A DNA stretch of 41,988 nt from Gammaproteobacteria bacterium (GTDB taxonomy: Bacteria > Pseudomonadota > Gammaproteobacteria > GCA-001735895), in assembly GCA_041564355.1 (NCBI GenBank), contig JBFGQE010000001.1, positions 1 through 41,988 of the forward strand. Reading direction: 5' to 3'. Shown here one piece after another: positions 38,188 to 41,988 of the stretch. Each line of letters starts with the position of its first letter. The stretch's first letter is position 1. The position numbers and the translations under genes were made by a program. The notes under the pieces were generated by a model. That model made no database searches, was not told the origin of the DNA, and saw only the letters and a list, made by a program, of their open reading frames with translations.

Positions 38188-39417
38188 ATGAAAAGCTGTG
38201 ACACCTCTCCCCTGCTGCCTTACGGCGACGCCCTCGAGCAATTGACGCGGGATATCGCGCCCTGCGTTGATATCGTCGAGCGACCGCTGCGCGACGCGCT
38301 CGGCGCGGTGCTCGCGCGAACGCTCGAATCGGCCATCGACGTGCCTGGTTGCGCGATGTCGTCGATGGACGGTTACGCGATCAATACCGCCGACCTCGCC
38401 GCGGACGGCCCGACCCGGCTGCCGGTGACGCAACGCATTCCAGCCGGTAGCGCGGCCGCGGCCCTGGTGGCGGGCAGCGCGGCGCGAATATTTACCGGCG
38501 CGCCGGTACCCGAGGGTGCCGACGCGGTGATCATGCAGGAACAGGTGGAACAGCGTGGCGACACAATCGAGTTCGACGCCAGGCCGACAAGCGGCAGCAA
38601 CGTGCGCCCGGCAGGCAACGATATCCGCCGCGGTGATACGATTCTGCATGCTGGCAACCGCTTGCGCCCGCAGGATATCGGCCTGGCCGCATCGGTCGGT
38701 CTGCAATCCCTGCCGGTCCACTCGCCGGTGCGCGTCGGCATATTCTTCACCGGCGACGAACTGGTGGAACCCGGGCAGAACCTCGAACGCGGCCAGATCT
38801 ACGATTCGAATCGATACGTGCTGGACGGCCTGTTGCGCGCGATGGGCTGCGACATCGTCGATCTCGGCCTGGTCGGCGACACGCTCGTCGCGACCAGGGA
38901 CGCGATGAGCAGTGCCGCGGGGCAGGCGGACCTGGTCGTGACCAGCGGCGGGGTCTCGGTCGGCGAGGAAGATCACGTGCGTATCGCGCTCGAGCAACTC
39001 GGCGACCTTCGCCTGTGGCGACTGAACATCAAGCCGGGCAAGCCGCTGGCTTACGGCCGAATCGACGACACCGCGTTTATCGGCCTGCCCGGCAACCCGG
39101 TGTCGGTATTCGCGACCTTTTGCCTGTTCGTGATACCGGTGATCCAGGTGATGCAGGGGCGTGCCTGGCGAAAGCCAATGCCCTTGTCGGTGATCGCCGA
39201 CTTCGACTGGCCGCGGCCGGACAGCCGGCGAGAATTTTTACGCGCGCGACTCGTTCCCGGTGACGCCGAAAGCCGCGTCGAGATCTACCCGAACCAGGAT
39301 TCGGGCGTACTGACGTCGACCGTCTGGGCAGATGGTTTCGTCGAAATTGCCGAAAACCAGACCGTTCGCCGCGGCGACAGGGTAAACTATCTGCCTTTTA
39401 CACAGTTTTTCGCTTAA
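38188..39417 (+). CDS. moeA: molybdopterin molybdotransferase
   Basis: 409-aa ORF with the MoeA pattern (SMDGYAI..., RIFTGAPVPEGADAVIMQE, TSGGVSVGEEDH, PGNPVS). Confidence 0.9.
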   Translation: MKSCDTSPLLPYGDALEQLTRDIAPCVDIVERPLRDALGAVLARTLESAIDVPGCAMSSMDGYAINTADLAADGPTRLPVTQRIPAGSAAAALVAGSAARIFTGAPVPEGADAVIMQEQVEQRGDTIEFDARPTSGSNVRPAGNDIRRGDTILHAGNRLRPQDIGLAASVGLQSLPVHSPVRVGIFFTGDELVEPGQNLERGQIYDSNRYVLDGLLRAMGCDIVDLGLVGDTLVATRDAMSSAAGQADLVVTSGGVSVGEEDHVRIALEQLGDLRLWRLNIKPGKPLAYGRIDDTAFIGLPGNPVSVFATFCLFVIPVIQVMQGRAWRKPMPLSVIADFDWPRPDSRREFLRARLVPGDAESRVEIYPNQDSGVLTSTVWADGFVEIAENQTVRRGDRVNYLPFTQFFA

Positions 39418-39423
39418 ACGAAC

Positions 39424-39879
39424 GTGATCATTCGGGTACAACACGAGGATTTCGACAGCAATGCGCTGCAGCGCGAATTGCTCGCCGGGCGCAGCGACGT
39501 CGGCGCGGTCGCGACCTTTGTCGGCCTGGTGCGCGATCTCGAGAGCGATCGGCTCGAACAGATGGAACTCGAGCATTATCCCGGGATGACCGAGAAGGCG
39601 CTGCAAAGTATCGCGGAGCGGGCCAGTGAGCGCTGGCAGATTGTCGACCTGGCCATAGTTCACCGCGTCGGCGCGCTAAAACCGGCCGAACAGATCGTGC
39701 TCGTCATGGTAGCGAGCGCGCACCGCGGCGACGCGTTCGCGGCCTGCGAGTTCATCATGGATTATCTGAAGACCGAAGCGCCTTTCTGGAAGAAAGAGAC
39801 CAGCGATCGAGGCGAAAATTGGGTCGAGGCGCGAAAAAGTGACATATTTGCACAAAAAAAATGGGATAGTGGCGGCTGA
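39424..39879 (+). CDS. moaE: molybdopterin synthase catalytic subunit
   Basis: 151-aa ORF starting at GTG, with GAVATFVGLVRD ... HRVGAL ... APFWKKE blocks typical of MoaE. It starts 6 nt after moeA. Confidence 0.88.
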   Translation: MIIRVQHEDFDSNALQRELLAGRSDVGAVATFVGLVRDLESDRLEQMELEHYPGMTEKALQSIAERASERWQIVDLAIVHRVGALKPAEQIVLVMVASAHRGDAFAACEFIMDYLKTEAPFWKKETSDRGENWVEARKSDIFAQKKWDSGG

Positions 39880-39955
39880 TCGACAATTTTTTGACGGTTA
39901 GGCCGTATAATTCGCAGAATTGGTGAAATTAGGCTAAAAGCTGAGAGCATGATCC

Positions 39956-40252
39956 GTGAACTTCGTTATCCCAGCTAATCCCGTGCAGATTTCGATCTAT
40001 CCCGATCGATCGGCGACCCGGCCGGTCACCCCGGTTGCGGAGCAATCCGGCCAGTTCCGGGACGCCACGCGGCAGCAGCCCTCGACCTATGTCTACCGCG
40101 GCGAACTGCTCGAGGGGGTCGTCGGCGAACGCAGCTATCGGCCGGCGAGCAACCTGCAAATCCATCCTCAATACCAGCGCGCGATCGATACTTACCTCGC
40201 GGTTTCCAGCGCACCCGCGGTGCGCGGCCGCATCCTCGACGGTTTCATTTGA
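39956..40252 (+). CDS. hypothetical protein (98 aa, no family recognised)
   Basis: The ORF starts at GTG and has consistently G/C-rich third positions, so it is coding-like. A perfect TATAAT lies at 39906-39911 upstream, but there is no convincing -35. No signal peptide or TM segment is evident. Confidence 0.45.
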   Translation: MNFVIPANPVQISIYPDRSATRPVTPVAEQSGQFRDATRQQPSTYVYRGELLEGVVGERSYRPASNLQIHPQYQRAIDTYLAVSSAPAVRGRILDGFI

Positions 40253-40436
40253 AGCCGCTCAACCCCGCCCCGAAGCGCCTTCGCGGCGCAATTTAAAAGG
40301 ACAATTGCAGTGCGCGGAACAAATCCGCGCTAGACGCGGTATCGAATTCAGGTATGCTATATAGCAGCCCGATCGACGAATAATGACTTGCGCAAGCGAC
40401 GCCGAGCGTCGCCGAAGTGCAAACCTGGGAGCCTTT

Positions 40437-41444
40437 ATGAAAGCATGCATTCGCTTCGCGCCAATCGCCGCGCTGGTTTTGCTCGCAGCCTGCAGCACGA
40501 CACCCGATTTTTCAGGCCATTCCTCGGGAAAGGGATTCGAAAAAAGGCAGTTCAATGCGGCCATCGGGGAAAGATGGATAGGCAACGGCATTTCTTACGG
40601 CGCTTATCGCGACGGCGAGGGGCCCAACCAGGGCAAGCTGACCTCGAAGGAAAATATTCTCGAGGACCTCGAAATCGTATCCAGACGGTGGAACCTGATC
40701 AGGCTTTACGGCTCGGGACCGCAGTCGCGCAATATTCTCGAGGTTATTCGCGATAATAAATTGCCGATTCGCGTGATGCAGGGCGCCTGGCTATCCAGCC
40801 ATCAAACCCGGGAAGAAAACCTCGAGCAACTGGAGGGCGCGATTGAACTCGCCAACCGTTTTCCGGAAATCATCGTGGCGGTCAATGTTGGCAACGAGAT
40901 ATTCGTCGACTGGTCATATCATCGGATCGACGATATGGACCGGGTGATCGGCTATATCCGGGACGTTCGCGCGCGCGTCGCGCAGCCGGTTACAGTGGCC
41001 GACGATTACAATTTCTGGAACAAGCCGGCGGCGAAAAAAATCGCGGCCGAGGTCGATTTTATCGGCCTGCACGCCTACGCGTTCTGGAACAACAAGACGC
41101 TCGACGAGGCGATGGACTGGACCGCTTCGATTTACCGCGGCATCCAGGAACTGCACCCGAATCACCTGATCGCATATTGTGAATCCGGCTGGCCGACCAG
41201 CCGGGTCTACGACGACGGCAGCTACGAGGGCGGCCTGATCGGGCGCGCCGGCGAGGCGGAGCAGGAAATATTTTTCGACCAGTACGACGCCTGGGTCGAA
41301 GAAGAAGGCATCGTCTCGTTTTATTTCGAGGCCTTCGATGAAAAGTGGAAAGGCGGCTTCGACGGCGAGAACCCGATGGACAAGGCGGAAAAACACTGGG
41401 GCCTGTACCGCTCGGACCGGACACCCAAGCGGGCGATGCAATAG
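40437..41444 (+). CDS. glycoside hydrolase family 17 (beta-1,3-glucanase/glucanosyltransferase-like) lipoprotein
   Basis: The ATG at 40437 is preceded by GGGAG 5 nt upstream. It has the lipobox LLAAC in MKACIRFAPIAALVLLAACS. GH17 catalytic blocks are present: VNVGNEIF (acid/base Glu), YCESGWPTS (nucleophile Glu) and EKHWGLY near the C-terminus. Confidence 0.8.
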   Translation: MKACIRFAPIAALVLLAACSTTPDFSGHSSGKGFEKRQFNAAIGERWIGNGISYGAYRDGEGPNQGKLTSKENILEDLEIVSRRWNLIRLYGSGPQSRNILEVIRDNKLPIRVMQGAWLSSHQTREENLEQLEGAIELANRFPEIIVAVNVGNEIFVDWSYHRIDDMDRVIGYIRDVRARVAQPVTVADDYNFWNKPAAKKIAAEVDFIGLHAYAFWNNKTLDEAMDWTASIYRGIQELHPNHLIAYCESGWPTSRVYDDGSYEGGLIGRAGEAEQEIFFDQYDAWVEEEGIVSFYFEAFDEKWKGGFDGENPMDKAEKHWGLYRSDRTPKRAMQ

Positions 41445-41472
41445 GCGAGGCCGCGGCCTGCCCGCGACGAGC

Positions 41473-41988
41473 TCAGGGCGCCCAGTAAACTTCCAGCGGC
41501 ACCTTCTGCTGGTGGATAAAATGGCTGATCGGCAGTTCCGGCGCTGCGCCAGGCTCGCGGGCGCGCTGGTAAATCGTCCACTTGTCGGCGCCGGTAATCA
41601 GCAGCAGCAGTCTTTGCGAGCCCAGAATGTCATGTGGGGTCAGCGTCATGCGCTCGAGGTGCTCGCCGGTCACGTCGGATTGACGCGCGCGAATTGGCGC
41701 ACAGTGCTGTTTCGATTCCATCGCTGCGTCGAGTCCCCGCGCGCGCGGAAACAGCGAGGCGGTGTGGCCATCCGGGCCCATGCCCAGCAGGCAGATGGTA
41801 TAGGGTCGCGGCAGTTCGGCGTAGCGGGCATTGCATTCGGTCACGCCGTCGAACGGGTTAGCCGCATTGTTTTTCATGCCGACGAAAGTCGCGGCGGCGG
41901 CGTCCCCGATGAGCAGGTTTTCACGTAAGAGGCGCTCGTTGCTGGCCTCGTGCGCGGTGTCGACCCAGCGTTCGTCAACGAGGGCGAC
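41473..41988 (-). CDS. pgl: 6-phosphogluconolactonase, 5' end beyond the window
   Basis: The frame is open from the window edge (VALVDERWVDTAHEASNERLL...) to the stop at 41473. It contains the signature GMGPDGHTASLFP. The ORF-track Met at 41877 is internal. Confidence 0.85.
   Translation of the reverse strand, partial: VALVDERWVDTAHEASNERLLRENLLIGDAAAATFVGMKNNAANPFDGVTECNARYAELPRPYTICLLGMGPDGHTASLFPRARGLDAAMESKQHCAPIRARQSDVTGEHLERMTLTPHDILGSQRLLLLITGADKWTIYQRAREPGAAPELPISHFIHQQKVPLEVYWAP

Noticed and set aside
38188-39879. moeA followed directly by moaE without moaD; considered as an unusual molybdopterin gene arrangement
   Set aside because: Molybdenum-cofactor genes are often scattered. 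No small MoaD-like ORF is hidden in the 6-nt gap, and nothing suggests more than ordinary operon shuffling.
1-41988. Looked for CRISPR arrays, tRNA/rRNA genes, IS elements, integrases, toxin-antitoxin pairs and defence-type ATPase/nuclease clusters
   Set aside because: I found no regularly spaced direct repeats, no cloverleaf-like sequence in any intergenic gap (all are 366 bp or shorter), and no transposase, recombinase, nuclease or STAND/AAA motifs among the supported ORFs. This was visual inspection only, so small RNAs cannot be excluded.

Overview
Visibly GC-rich chromosomal segment with strong G/C preference at third codon positions. The gene order gmk-rpoZ-spoT-ridA-recG looks gammaproteobacterial. 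I support about 40 protein-coding genes and see no rRNA, tRNA, CRISPR array, transposase or integrase; this reads as core genome, not a mobile island. All family names come from motifs I recognise by eye; nothing was searched.

Contents, left to right:
- a truncated gene
- a TIGR02466-like 2OG-Fe(II) oxygenase
- mmsA plus a small membrane ORF
- an LplT-PlsC fusion
- a CHASE2/TPR/Hanks-kinase sensor
- a sigmaE/ChrR photo-oxidative-stress block: rpoE-chrR-ybgA-phrB, divergent from a nine-gene lipid-modification/DUF island
- ygiQ
- a DAO-type FAD oxidoreductase
- a yrbL-family gene appended to a complete five-step histidine-utilisation locus (hutF-hutH-hutG / hutI-hutC-hutU)
- tcdA
- gmk-rpoZ-spoT-ridA-recG
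- moeA-moaE
- an orphan 98-aa ORF
- a GH17 lipoprotein
- the 3' part of pgl

The most interesting signal is the sigmaE/ChrR block. Three exact copies of TGATCC-N16-CGTA sit in front of gene starts; two are back-to-back and divergent. They tie the sigma/anti-sigma pair and photolyase to two CFA-synthase-like methyltransferases, an FAD oxidoreductase, DUF1365, DUF1295, DUF2878, an NTF2-like protein, a lipocalin and an unassigned secreted protein. This is a plausible but only partly characterised singlet-oxygen membrane-lipid remodelling pathway.

The last gene of that island carries a single in-frame TAG. The TAG also creates a Shine-Dalgarno-like AGGA 7 nt before an in-frame ATG.

Other items worth checking:
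- a 21-bp perfect inverted repeat between hutU and tcdA
- a HutC-type operator palindrome
- the orphan CHASE2 kinase
- the LplT-acyltransferase fusion

I do not see a clearly novel defence or mobile system here.
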